Source: Faecousia sp. (lineage in GTDB: Bacteria > Bacillota > Clostridia > Oscillospirales > Oscillospiraceae). From it: DNA of 64,000 nucleotides. Numbering within the stretch: position 1 is the stretch's first letter; the number at the start of each line of letters is the position of its first letter. Below the pieces are notes generated by a model that ran no database searches, was not told where the DNA came from, and was given only the letters and a program-made list of their open reading frames with translations. Positions 39,148-48,503 of this stretch are shown here, piece by piece. The DNA is taken from positions 13,562 through 77,561 of the forward strand of contig JAZNNO010000026.1 of assembly GCA_045580345.1 (NCBI GenBank). Direction: 5' to 3'. The translations under genes and the position numbers were made by a program.

Positions 39148-39233
39148 AATATCCTCCTCTTATCTCTTTCCCTTTTTGCGCTATCTGCACAAAAACAGCG
39201 GGGAATTTGCAGAATTATTGTTTTTTAAGGTTA

Positions 39234-39281
39234 TTGCATTTATGTAAGGTATATGATATACTCTAATTTATCAAATTGCAA
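39234..39281. promoter_or_regulatory. Overlapping divergent SigA promoters (hom-lysC-asd / thrC-thrB)
   Basis: Plus strand TTGCAT-17-TATACT (39234-39262); minus strand TTGCAA-17-TATCAT (39281-39253). Confidence 0.55.
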
Positions 39282-39342
39282 GTGTTATTATTTACAAAAG
39301 CTTTTACGGGTTATAGAAAAAACTGATAAGGAGAGAAAGACA

Positions 39343-40467
39343 ATGAAGATTGGTTTGCTTGGTTTCGGTGTGGTTGGCAGAGGCGTTTACGATCTGACCG
39401 CCACCCGGGATGATATGAAAGTCGCCAAGGTCGTATGCCTGGAGGATGTGACCCTCCCCGATGCCGAAGTGACAAAGAATTTCCAGGATGTGCTAAACGA
39501 TAACACCATCGATACTGTGGTGGAGGCTATGGGTGGCCTGCACCCGGCTTATGAGTTTGTCCGGGCTGCCATTGAGGCCGGCAAGCACATCGTCACCTCC
39601 AACAAGGCTTTGGTTGCCAGCTTCTATGACGAGCTGATTCCCTTAGCTAAGGAAAAGGGTGTTTGCTTCCGCTGCACCGCTGCCGTTGGCGGTGGCATCG
39701 GCTGGCTGTCTGAGCTGGAGCGGGCTCGCCGTATGCAGGCCATCGAAAAGGTGGGCGGCATTATGAACGGCACCTGCAACTACATTCTCGATTCCATGAC
39801 CCGTTTGGGTCTTACTTACGCCGATGCCCTGTCCCAGGCACAGGCTTTAGGCTATGCAGAGGCCAATCCCACCACTGACGTGGAGGGTATCGACACCTGG
39901 CACAAGGTGATCCTGTCTTCCAACATTGCTTTTGGTATCAGCCTGGACACCGACACCGTGCCTGTTGCCGGCATCAGCAAGATCAAGGCTTCCGATGTAG
40001 AAAACTTCACTGCCCACGGTCTGGTCTGCAAGCTGATCTCCACCGGTAAGTGCCAGGACGGCAAGGTCAGCGCCTATGTGCAGCCCACCCTGGTAAAGCA
40101 GGGCGAGCCCGAGTCCGCCGTTCCTGCCAACTACAATCTGATCACCTTTGTGGGCGCTGCCTCCGGTCGCATGAGTTTCTACGGCCAGGGCGCAGGCCGC
40201 TACCCCACTGCATACAATGTAGTGCAGGACTGCGCTGATGTTTTGGCAGGCAAGGGCTTCTACAGCCCCTACGGCGAAAAGGTCGCTGCCAAGAACACCG
40301 ATGTGCTTTCCTACTATGTCAGCGGCGCTGCTGATAGCTGGCTGAAGGATAACACCCAGGAGACCTGGGGCGATGCCATCATCACAAAGCCCGTTTCCGT
40401 GGAGGAAATGCACGCATGGCGCAAGGCCAACCCCGAGGCCTTCATCGCCGCTTTTGCTGAAAATTGA
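39343..40467 (+). CDS. hom: Homoserine dehydrogenase
   Basis: GLLGFGVVG, VTSNKA, GIMNGTCNYIL, ALGYAEANPTTDVEG, YGQGAG. Confidence 0.94.
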   Translation: MKIGLLGFGVVGRGVYDLTATRDDMKVAKVVCLEDVTLPDAEVTKNFQDVLNDNTIDTVVEAMGGLHPAYEFVRAAIEAGKHIVTSNKALVASFYDELIPLAKEKGVCFRCTAAVGGGIGWLSELERARRMQAIEKVGGIMNGTCNYILDSMTRLGLTYADALSQAQALGYAEANPTTDVEGIDTWHKVILSSNIAFGISLDTDTVPVAGISKIKASDVENFTAHGLVCKLISTGKCQDGKVSAYVQPTLVKQGEPESAVPANYNLITFVGAASGRMSFYGQGAGRYPTAYNVVQDCADVLAGKGFYSPYGEKVAAKNTDVLSYYVSGAADSWLKDNTQETWGDAIITKPVSVEEMHAWRKANPEAFIAAFAEN

Positions 40468-40491
40468 TTCATCCCGAAAGGAAGGAATTTT

Positions 40492-41808
40492 ATGCTGAAA
40501 GTAACCAAATTTGGCGGCTCCTCTATGGCAGACGCCGGTCAGTACCGGAAGGTGCGGGACATTATCCTGTCCGATCCGGAACGCAAGGTCGTGGTTGTTT
40601 CCGCTGCCGGCAAGCGCCACAGCAAGGACCACAAGATCACCGATCTTCTGTACCTGTGCCACGCCCACACCCAGTACGGTGTTCCCTGCGACCCCGTCTA
40701 CGAGCTGATCACATCCCGCTACTTAGAGATCCGGGAAAAGCTGGGCATTGAAGTGGATCTGGAAGAGGATTTTGCAGAGCTGAAACAGCGGCTGGATGCC
40801 AAGCAGGTCACCCAGGACGAAATGGCCAGCCGCGGCGAATATTTCTCCGCCAAGCTGATGGCTGCATTCTTAGGCTTTAAGTTCGTGGACGCTGCAGAGT
40901 GGGTATTCTTTAACATCGACGGCACTGTGAACAAGAAAAAGTCCTATGCCGCGCTGAAAGAGAAGATGACCGGCGAGGGCATCGTGACCCCCGGCTTCTA
41001 CGGTGTGATGCCCAACGGCAGCATCCGTACCTTCTCCCGGGGTGGCAGTGACATCACCGGTTCTTTGGCAGCCGCTGCACTGGATGCCGGCGTTTACGTG
41101 AACTGGACCGACGTTTCCGGTATTCTGATGGCTGACCCCCGGATCGTGGAGAATCCCCATCCCATCTCCGAGATCACTTATGACGAGCTGCGAGAGCTGG
41201 CTTATGCCGGTGCAAACGTGCTCCACGAGGGTGCTATCTTCCCTGTCCGGGAAAAGGATATCCCCCTGAACATCCGCAATACCAACGACCCCGCCGCTCC
41301 CGGCACTATGATCAAAAAGCATTTTGAGACCGAGTCCGATCCCGACCGGATCATCACCGGTATCACCGGTAAGAAGGACTTCTCCATTATTACCATCTTC
41401 AAGCGGGGTCTCACCTCTGAGGTCGGCATTCTGCGGAAGATCCTGTCCGTTTTGGAGCGGTACAATATTTCTGTGGAATTTGTTCCCAACGGCATTGACA
41501 ATGTCTCCCTGGTGATCCCCACCGCCACCATTGCTCCCCATCTGTACAACTTTATGGCAGATCTGCAGCAAGAGGTAAACCCCGACAATGTGGTCGTCCA
41601 GGATCAGATCTCCATCGTCACTGCCGTGGGCCATCAGATGGCTTTCCGTCCCGGTGTGTCCGGCAAGATCTTTGCCGCCCTGGGCCAGGCAGATATCAAC
41701 ATCCGTATGATCAACCAGGGCCCCGATGAGTTGAACATCATCTTTGGCGTGGAAAACAAGGATTTCGCCAGCGCCATCCGGGTTCTGTACAACAGCTTTA
41801 TTAAGTAA
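40492..41808 (+). CDS. lysC: Aspartate kinase
   Basis: KFGGSS, VVVSAAG, SRGE, FSRGGSD, TDVSG..ADPR, ACT domains. Confidence 0.94.
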   Translation: MLKVTKFGGSSMADAGQYRKVRDIILSDPERKVVVVSAAGKRHSKDHKITDLLYLCHAHTQYGVPCDPVYELITSRYLEIREKLGIEVDLEEDFAELKQRLDAKQVTQDEMASRGEYFSAKLMAAFLGFKFVDAAEWVFFNIDGTVNKKKSYAALKEKMTGEGIVTPGFYGVMPNGSIRTFSRGGSDITGSLAAAALDAGVYVNWTDVSGILMADPRIVENPHPISEITYDELRELAYAGANVLHEGAIFPVREKDIPLNIRNTNDPAAPGTMIKKHFETESDPDRIITGITGKKDFSIITIFKRGLTSEVGILRKILSVLERYNISVEFVPNGIDNVSLVIPTATIAPHLYNFMADLQQEVNPDNVVVQDQISIVTAVGHQMAFRPGVSGKIFAALGQADINIRMINQGPDELNIIFGVENKDFASAIRVLYNSFIK

Positions 41809-41822
41809 TCGGAGGTAGTTTT

Positions 41823-42824
41823 ATGAAGAAATATACCGTTGCTGTGCTGGGCGCCACCGGCGCTGTGGGCCAGGAAATGATGAACATTTTGGAAGAGCGC
41901 AACTTCCCTGTCGGCAAGCTGATCCCCCTTGCCAGCGCCCGGAGCGCAGGCAAGACCCTGAAGTTCAAGGGCGAGGATATCACCATTCAGCTGGCCTGCG
42001 ACGAGGCTTTCGAGGGTGTGGACATCGTGCTGGGCGCTGCTGAGAATGACATCGCCAAGAAGTTTGCTCCCGCTATCGTAAAAGCCGGTGCTGTGTTCGT
42101 GGATAACTCCTCCGCATTCCGTATGGATCCGGAAGTACCTCTGGTTGTTCCCGAGGTCAACCCCGAGGATGTGAAGTGGCACAAGGGTATCATCTCCAAT
42201 CCCAACTGCTCCACCATCATCACTGTCACCGCTGTCAACGCGCTGAACGCCATCTCCCCCATCCGTGCCATGACCGCCTCCACTTACCAGGCTGTATCCG
42301 GCGCCGGTGCTGAGGGCCCTGTGGAGCTGATGAACGAGGTGGAGGCCCTTAGTAAGGGCGAGACCTACGAGCCCAAGGTATTCCCCTATCAGATCGCTTA
42401 CAATCTGATCCCCCAGATCGGCGGCGAGCAGTTCGAGGGCTATACCAGCGAGGAAATGAAGATGCAGAACGAGGGCCGCAAGATCATGCACCTGCCCGAG
42501 CTGAAGGTCTCCTGCACCTGCATCCGTGTGCCTGTTATCCGCAGCCACTCCATTTCCGTGTCCTGCCACTTTGATGTTCCTGTCACTGTGGAGCAGGTTC
42601 GTGAGGCTATCGCCAAGGCTCCCGGCTGCAAGCTGGTTGACGACCTGGCTAAGAAAGAATATCCCATGCCCCTGGAGACCAGCGGCCAGGATATCGTGTA
42701 TGTGGGCCGTATCCGTCCCGACCTGACCGACGATAACGGCATCTGCCTGTGGTGCTGCGGTGGCCAGGTTCGTAAGGGCGCTGCCACCAACGCTATTCAG
42801 ATCGCTGAACTGCTGGTTAAGTAA
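41823..42824 (+). CDS. asd: Aspartate-semialdehyde dehydrogenase
   Basis: GATGAVG, DNSSAFR, NPNCST, TYQAVSGAG, RKGAATN. Confidence 0.96.
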   Translation: MKKYTVAVLGATGAVGQEMMNILEERNFPVGKLIPLASARSAGKTLKFKGEDITIQLACDEAFEGVDIVLGAAENDIAKKFAPAIVKAGAVFVDNSSAFRMDPEVPLVVPEVNPEDVKWHKGIISNPNCSTIITVTAVNALNAISPIRAMTASTYQAVSGAGAEGPVELMNEVEALSKGETYEPKVFPYQIAYNLIPQIGGEQFEGYTSEEMKMQNEGRKIMHLPELKVSCTCIRVPVIRSHSISVSCHFDVPVTVEQVREAIAKAPGCKLVDDLAKKEYPMPLETSGQDIVYVGRIRPDLTDDNGICLWCCGGQVRKGAATNAIQIAELLVK

Positions 42825-42837
42825 GATTTGCACAAAG

Positions 42838-42865
42838 AACCCCGTGTCGCAAGACACGGGGTTTT
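42838..42865 (+). terminator. Intrinsic terminator after asd
   Basis: AACCCCGTGTC-GCAA-GACACGGGGTTTT. Confidence 0.85.
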
Positions 42866-42877
42866 CAGCGTTATATG

Positions 42878-42903
42878 CGGGAGGGATGCTATCCCTCCCC
42901 TAC
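42878..42903 (-). repeat. Single REP copy, GTAG family
   Basis: CGGGAGGGATGCTATCCCTCCCCTAC, 24/26 identical to 31509-31534. Confidence 0.8.
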
Positions 42904-42912
42904 TATAAGGTT

Positions 42913-44730
42913 TTACCTTTGGTCGATGACAGCATCGATCTGGGGGCTGATATTGCTCAGCAGGTCAATATCGTAGGTCTTGCCGTCAATGGTCAGCTTC
43001 AGGCGCACATCGTCGATGAGCTCGTAGGAAATATCTGCCATACGACCGTTAAGATCGTAGCCGTAATTCCGCCGCCAATGCTTGAAGTCCAGCCAGGATC
43101 TGGGTTGAACGATCCGCAAAGGTGCCGGTTGCCGGTGCATACCGTAAATGTTGCCATCTACCTCATTCCTCTCCCGACCCAGCATTACCAGATGGTCGCA
43201 ATGGGAAACAATATTTTCAAAGGTATCAAAGAAGAATCCGGAAAAACCGGTGCCACCGGGTGAGCGCCACTTCGGCAGATCGTGCCAATAGTGGACAATG
43301 CCGTACTTTTCACATTCCAGACAGATGTTGCGAACGGTCTTGATATCCTCGCAGGTGTGGGAGTAGATGCCGTTACCGCCATTTTCATGCTTGTTCATTT
43401 TGGAATCCACCACGATATTGTGGCGCACCACCTGGTCTTCGGTGGAGGCCTCCAGGAAGATACCGCCATAGGTGTTGGTGGTATGCAAAATCACATTGCC
43501 TTCGATGAGAATGTTGGTATTGTAGGAATCCAACCAAATGCCGCTGGCATAGGTCACACCGCTAAAATAGTTATTGATAATCAAACTGTTGTGAAGCCGG
43601 TGCATTTTCAGGGCTGCATTTTCAGAAAGGGATTCAAAATCGTGGTAGCAGTTGTCGATAAAGCGGCAATCCTCCACCAAAACAGAGGGCATAATGTTAT
43701 CAAGATAGAAAGTCTCGGAGTTTCCAGGCATACCGGTGAGTCCTACAATGCCACAATGAGAAAACTCACAACCGCGGATAATATGATGACCGCGGGGCGC
43801 AGTAGAGAAACGGTTGGGACACTGGAAACCAATGTCCATACCACAGCCATTGGCATAGAGCACCTTACAATCCTCTACCAGCCAATGGTGGCCGCAGTTG
43901 GTGCTGACCACGCCCGCCTGGGGAGGGGGAAAGCCGTTGCCGCCCTTGGTAAAGGACAGATTTTTCAAATGAATGTAGGAGAAGTACTTTTCCTCCGGGT
44001 AGAAGCCGTATTCCCGGGCGGTGAATTCCAGAATATGTCCGTCAGGTGCAGAATCGCCCTTAAAACGCAGGTGGATTGTCAGACCGTCGTCTTCCACAAA
44101 GAAGCGGTTGTCCTTTTCGCCCAGCTGGTAGTAGTTGAGCACCTGCTCCATACGCTCGCCGTCGCAGAACAGCATACCCCGCCGCATAGCAACGATCTGC
44201 TTCATCACATCATTCTGGGCATTGAACAGCTTGGGTACGGGACCGTTCCACCAAGGCAAGGTGGGGCCGTTGACAGCGCCAAAGGGATTGGTGCCGATGA
44301 AATACTGCCGGTCAAATTTGATTTTATAGACTTGGGCGTCCGGCTGGTCGAAATCGAAGCGATTGCGGATAGAGCCTTCCTGCTTTTTCCAGCCCTCGCT
44401 TTCAAAAAAGCCGCCGTTATAAATTTCTGCGCCGGTCACTTCTACCTGCTCACCCTCTGCGCCGCAGAACATCACCATTTCCGTATTGCTCTTGCCGGAG
44501 AAAATGGGACGAACAGTTTCCCGATACACACCCTCGTGGATCACCACTTTGGTGCCGGGTGTTGCCAAAGGCACAGCCTGGGCGATGGTCAGGAATGGCT
44601 TTTCCGCACTGCCGTCGCCATTTGCAGAGCCGTTTTTCTGAGAAACATGGAGAACAGTCTTATACTGGGTTTTATCTTCCCACAGGTCATAAGCCTTGCC
44701 ATTGGGCAGAATATACTTTTTATCAATCAC
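42913..44730 (-). CDS. Right-handed beta-helix protein, GH120 (beta-xylosidase)-related
   Basis: HVSQKNGS..GSAEKPFLTIAQA..PGTKVVIHEGVYRETV, FPPPQAG..GHHWLVEDC, Asn-ladder repeats; no signal peptide. Confidence 0.7.
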   Translation of the reverse strand: MIDKKYILPNGKAYDLWEDKTQYKTVLHVSQKNGSANGDGSAEKPFLTIAQAVPLATPGTKVVIHEGVYRETVRPIFSGKSNTEMVMFCGAEGEQVEVTGAEIYNGGFFESEGWKKQEGSIRNRFDFDQPDAQVYKIKFDRQYFIGTNPFGAVNGPTLPWWNGPVPKLFNAQNDVMKQIVAMRRGMLFCDGERMEQVLNYYQLGEKDNRFFVEDDGLTIHLRFKGDSAPDGHILEFTAREYGFYPEEKYFSYIHLKNLSFTKGGNGFPPPQAGVVSTNCGHHWLVEDCKVLYANGCGMDIGFQCPNRFSTAPRGHHIIRGCEFSHCGIVGLTGMPGNSETFYLDNIMPSVLVEDCRFIDNCYHDFESLSENAALKMHRLHNSLIINNYFSGVTYASGIWLDSYNTNILIEGNVILHTTNTYGGIFLEASTEDQVVRHNIVVDSKMNKHENGGNGIYSHTCEDIKTVRNICLECEKYGIVHYWHDLPKWRSPGGTGFSGFFFDTFENIVSHCDHLVMLGRERNEVDGNIYGMHRQPAPLRIVQPRSWLDFKHWRRNYGYDLNGRMADISYELIDDVRLKLTIDGKTYDIDLLSNISPQIDAVIDQR

Positions 44731-46004
44731 GCCTTCTCACCTCTATGTTTCAGCACAAATTCCATATGTCGATTCCAGTCCCAACGGGAGAAGTGGTGAG
44801 AACCGGGCCGGAGGGCATAGCCGATATGGCCTTCGTTATATACCACTGTGGGACAGGGGATCTGAGGATCGGACTCGAAGCCCTTCAGTCCCTGCACCTC
44901 AAAGGCAGGACTTGCCGCAGCAGCGCTCATAAAGTCCGCCAGCTGGTAACGGGACATATCACCGTCAGCAGCAAGCAGGTTTACATACCGGGGCGCAATG
45001 GCCGCCACCATAAAGTGGGCATCGTAGGGAATATCCCGGAAATGATCCTGGTAGTCGGCAAGGCCGTCGCACCACCACTGCATATACCCCTCTGCAACCA
45101 GGGTCTTCAGCTTGCCCTCGTCCAAGCCCACAGTAAGGCCTGCGCCGCCCCAACCGGAGCAGTTGACAAGCGCTGCAAAGATTCGCTCATCCTGGGCACC
45201 GCACCACAGGGCGGTCTTGCCCAAACGGGAATGACCGGCGACGGAAATGCAATCCTTGTCAATATCGTCCCGGGTCATCAGATAGTCCACAATACGGCTG
45301 CCTGCCCAGGCCCACATACCGATCTTGCCCCATTCGTTCTTCGCCCGGCCCTCCGGCTTGTAGAACACCTTGCCCATACCGTTTTCACCCAAAGCTTCCG
45401 GGTAAGTCTTGGCAAAATTATCCCGGATAATATCATTGTAGCACATATGGACATAGGCAAAGCCGTTGTCAATGATCTCCTCAATGGGGGCATACCGGGT
45501 CTCTACATCAGCGGTGGGAGCAAGCTCCCGCAAAGAGGGATTGAAGGCCAGGTGGATGATCACCGGGGGCTTTTCCTCGTAGATGGGGCGAATAAACTGA
45601 ATAGGGAAAGAGAAGCGGCCATAGGGTGCATCAAAGGACAGATTGATCCGCTCCACAATTGCCTTGCCTGCATAGCTCTTGACAGTGCCCGCATAGGTCT
45701 TGGAGGCGGAGGAATAGACGATCTCTGCGTCCAGCTTTTCCGGGGCGGCGGGGGTGTGGCCAAAGCCATATTCCCGGACAGTATAGAGGATCTCCTCACG
45801 GCGCTGCGCCCACTTGTCTGCGGTGACGGGTGTGCCGTCATTCATAACCATCAGCTCGGGCAGCTTCCAATCGGGAGAGGCCAGCAGCTCATCCTTGGTC
45901 TTGTCGGTTTTGCCGTTACGGTAGAGAATTTCGCCGTTATAAGGATAGGCGCACTTGGGCATCTCCCAACCAGCATCGATGGATTGAATGTATTTCTTTT
46001 CCAT
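44727..46004 (-). CDS. Alpha/beta hydrolase, CE15 glucuronoyl-esterase-like
   Basis: WAWAGSRIVDYL, GHSRLGK nucleophile elbow, DAHFMVAAIAPR; ATG at 46004 after AGGAGG. Confidence 0.8.
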   Translation of the reverse strand: MEKKYIQSIDAGWEMPKCAYPYNGEILYRNGKTDKTKDELLASPDWKLPELMVMNDGTPVTADKWAQRREEILYTVREYGFGHTPAAPEKLDAEIVYSSASKTYAGTVKSYAGKAIVERINLSFDAPYGRFSFPIQFIRPIYEEKPPVIIHLAFNPSLRELAPTADVETRYAPIEEIIDNGFAYVHMCYNDIIRDNFAKTYPEALGENGMGKVFYKPEGRAKNEWGKIGMWAWAGSRIVDYLMTRDDIDKDCISVAGHSRLGKTALWCGAQDERIFAALVNCSGWGGAGLTVGLDEGKLKTLVAEGYMQWWCDGLADYQDHFRDIPYDAHFMVAAIAPRYVNLLAADGDMSRYQLADFMSAAAASPAFEVQGLKGFESDPQIPCPTVVYNEGHIGYALRPGSHHFSRWDWNRHMEFVLKHRGEKA

Positions 46005-46126
46005 AGTATGTTCCTCCTGAAATATTAAGGGCATTTTCCTAATATAGGTTCATTTTATCACGAAACGATCCGTATGTACAGCCAAATTCCTCACCCTATT
46101 TGTTCAAAACTGAACCATTTCGGTAC

Positions 46127-46160
46127 AAAAACGCCCCCACAGAAAAGTGGGGGCGTTTTA
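46127..46160 (-). terminator. Intrinsic terminator after glgP
   Basis: AAAACGCCCCCAC-AGAAAA-GTGGGGGCGTTTT. Confidence 0.85.
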
Positions 46161-48494
46161 TCAATACTGAGTAGGCTCGATGTGCCAGATCTCTTCTGCG
46201 TACTGACGGATGGTCCGGTCAGAGGAGAACTTTGCGCCGCTGGCGATATTCCAAAGGCACTTACGGCCAAAGGCCAGCTTGTCGGCATAGTCCCGGTTGG
46301 CCCGCAGCTTGGCTTCCACATAGGATTCATAATCCAGCAGCAGGAAGTAGTGGTCTGCCCGGTGCCAATGGGTGCCGTCCAGCAGAGCGTGGTACAGCTC
46401 TCTCTGGTCATCGTCGGTGGGCACAGTGCCGTCAACCAGGGTGTCGATGGCCCGGTGGAGACGGGGGTTTCTGTCATAGATGCCACGGGGATTGTAGCTG
46501 TCCCGGGCGGCATTGATCTCCGGCACAGTATGGCCGAAGATGTAGTTATTCTCCATACCCGCTTCCTTCACGATCTCCACATTGGCGCCGTCCAAAGTAC
46601 CCAGGGTCACAGCACCATTGAGCATCAGCTTCATATTGCCGGTGCCAGAGGCTTCTGTGCCGGCAGGAGATATCTGCTCGGAGATATCCGCAGCGGGAAT
46701 GATGGACTCGGCATAGGAGCAGTTGTAGTTCTGCACGAACACCACTTTCATCTTATCATTCATATCCGGGTCATTGTTAATGAGCCGGGCAATACGGTTA
46801 ATATAGCGGATAATGGCCTTGGCCCGGGCATAGCCGGGAGCGGACTTGGCGCCGAACAGGTACACGGTAGGCTGGAAGTCCTGCAGGCTGCCGTCCTTCA
46901 GCCGGAAGTAGATATCCATAATAGACAGCGCATTCAGCAGCTGGCGCTTATACTCGTGCAGCCGCTTGACCTGCACATCAAAGAGGAAATCGGGATTCAA
47001 ACGAATATCCTCTTTCTTGTGGATCAGCTGGCAAAGCTGCTCCTTCTTCTGCCGCTTGACCGCATTGAACTGGCGGACCAGATCGTCATTGATCATGGGC
47101 TTCAGATCATTCAGCTTATCTAAATTCTTCAGGAAGTCACCGCCGATGCGGTACTTGATCAGCTGGGTCAGCTCAGGGTTACACAGGCCCATCCACCGGC
47201 GGGGTGTCACACCGTTGGTCTTGTTCTGGAACCGCTCCGGGAACACCTCATACCACTGACGGAACACATCGTCCTTGAGGATCTGAGAGTGGATCTCCGC
47301 CACGCCGTTGACATAGGTACCCACGTACACGCTGAGATTTGCCATATGGGCGGTATTGTCCTTGACGATGAACAGGTGGGGATGCTCGCTCTTCAGCTTC
47401 TGATCAATGCGGCAAATGATGTCCACGATCTCCGGCACGACGCTGCGAAGCAGATCCAAATCCCACTTTTCCAGTGCCTCACCCATAACCGTATGGTTGG
47501 TGTAGGAAAAGGTCTTCTGTGCGATCTCGAAGCTCTGCTCAAAGTCCATACCTTCTTCCATCAGCAGACGGATCAGCTCGGGAATGGACATAGCCGGGTG
47601 GGTATCATTCAGCTGGACACAGTAGAAGTCCGCAAAATGGCTCATATCCGTGCCGTGGGTGGTCTTATAGACCCGGAGCATATCCTGCAGAGATGCAGAA
47701 GACAGCACATACTGCTGCTTGATACGCAGGCGCTTACCCTCCCAGGTGGAATCATTGGGGTACAACACACGGGTGATATCCTCAGCCTTATTCTTTTGGG
47801 TCAAAGCCCGGAGATAATCCTGGTCATTGAAGGCATTGAAGTCCAGTTCCTCCTCTGCCTCGCACTGCCACAGGCGCAGAGTGTTAATATTCTGCGTGCC
47901 ATAGCCGATGACAGGCACATCGTAAGGCACAGCCAAAACAGTATGATCGGGGAATTTCACCTTGACGGTATGGTTATACCGGCGGTAGGACCAGGGATCG
48001 CCGAATTTCGCCCAATCGTCGGCATTTTCCTTTTGGGAGCCGTTTGCATCAAAGCTCTGCTTGAACAGGCCGAACCGATACCGCAGACCGTAACCGGACA
48101 GGGGCATATCGGTACTGGCGGCAGAATCCAGGAAACAAGCAGCCAAACGGCCCAAACCGCCGTTGCCCAAGGCAGCGTCCTCGATCTCCTCCAAAACAGC
48201 CAGGTCCACGCCTCGCTGGGCAAAAAGCTGCTTCATTTCGTCCAGGATGCCCAGGTTATAGAGGTTAGAATACACCAACCGGCCGATAAGGTACTCGGCG
48301 GAGATATAGTAGGCCTTCCGGGCGGGCATACGGGTATGCTTGGCGTGATTCCAGTTGTCGGAAATGGACATCATCACAGCCTCGCCCAAAGCCTCATGCA
48401 GCTCCTGGGCACTGGCCTCCCGCAAGGATACGTCATAGGTGTACTTCAGCTTAGCCTCGGTCCACTTCAAAATATTCATGCAATTATAGCTCAT
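46161..48494 (-). CDS. glgP: Glycogen/maltodextrin phosphorylase
   Basis: LGNGGLGRLAACFLDS, LYPND, QLNDTHP, KRLHEYKRQ, EASGTGNMK, FSSDRTI. Confidence 0.96.
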   Translation of the reverse strand: MSYNCMNILKWTEAKLKYTYDVSLREASAQELHEALGEAVMMSISDNWNHAKHTRMPARKAYYISAEYLIGRLVYSNLYNLGILDEMKQLFAQRGVDLAVLEEIEDAALGNGGLGRLAACFLDSAASTDMPLSGYGLRYRFGLFKQSFDANGSQKENADDWAKFGDPWSYRRYNHTVKVKFPDHTVLAVPYDVPVIGYGTQNINTLRLWQCEAEEELDFNAFNDQDYLRALTQKNKAEDITRVLYPNDSTWEGKRLRIKQQYVLSSASLQDMLRVYKTTHGTDMSHFADFYCVQLNDTHPAMSIPELIRLLMEEGMDFEQSFEIAQKTFSYTNHTVMGEALEKWDLDLLRSVVPEIVDIICRIDQKLKSEHPHLFIVKDNTAHMANLSVYVGTYVNGVAEIHSQILKDDVFRQWYEVFPERFQNKTNGVTPRRWMGLCNPELTQLIKYRIGGDFLKNLDKLNDLKPMINDDLVRQFNAVKRQKKEQLCQLIHKKEDIRLNPDFLFDVQVKRLHEYKRQLLNALSIMDIYFRLKDGSLQDFQPTVYLFGAKSAPGYARAKAIIRYINRIARLINNDPDMNDKMKVVFVQNYNCSYAESIIPAADISEQISPAGTEASGTGNMKLMLNGAVTLGTLDGANVEIVKEAGMENNYIFGHTVPEINAARDSYNPRGIYDRNPRLHRAIDTLVDGTVPTDDDQRELYHALLDGTHWHRADHYFLLLDYESYVEAKLRANRDYADKLAFGRKCLWNIASGAKFSSDRTIRQYAEEIWHIEPTQY

Positions 48495-48503
48495 ACAAAC
48501 TCC

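Noticed and set aside
23299-42903. Repeated GTAGGGGAGG units as a possible CRISPR array
   Set aside because: Copies are dispersed and inverted, not regularly spaced direct repeats; no cas genes
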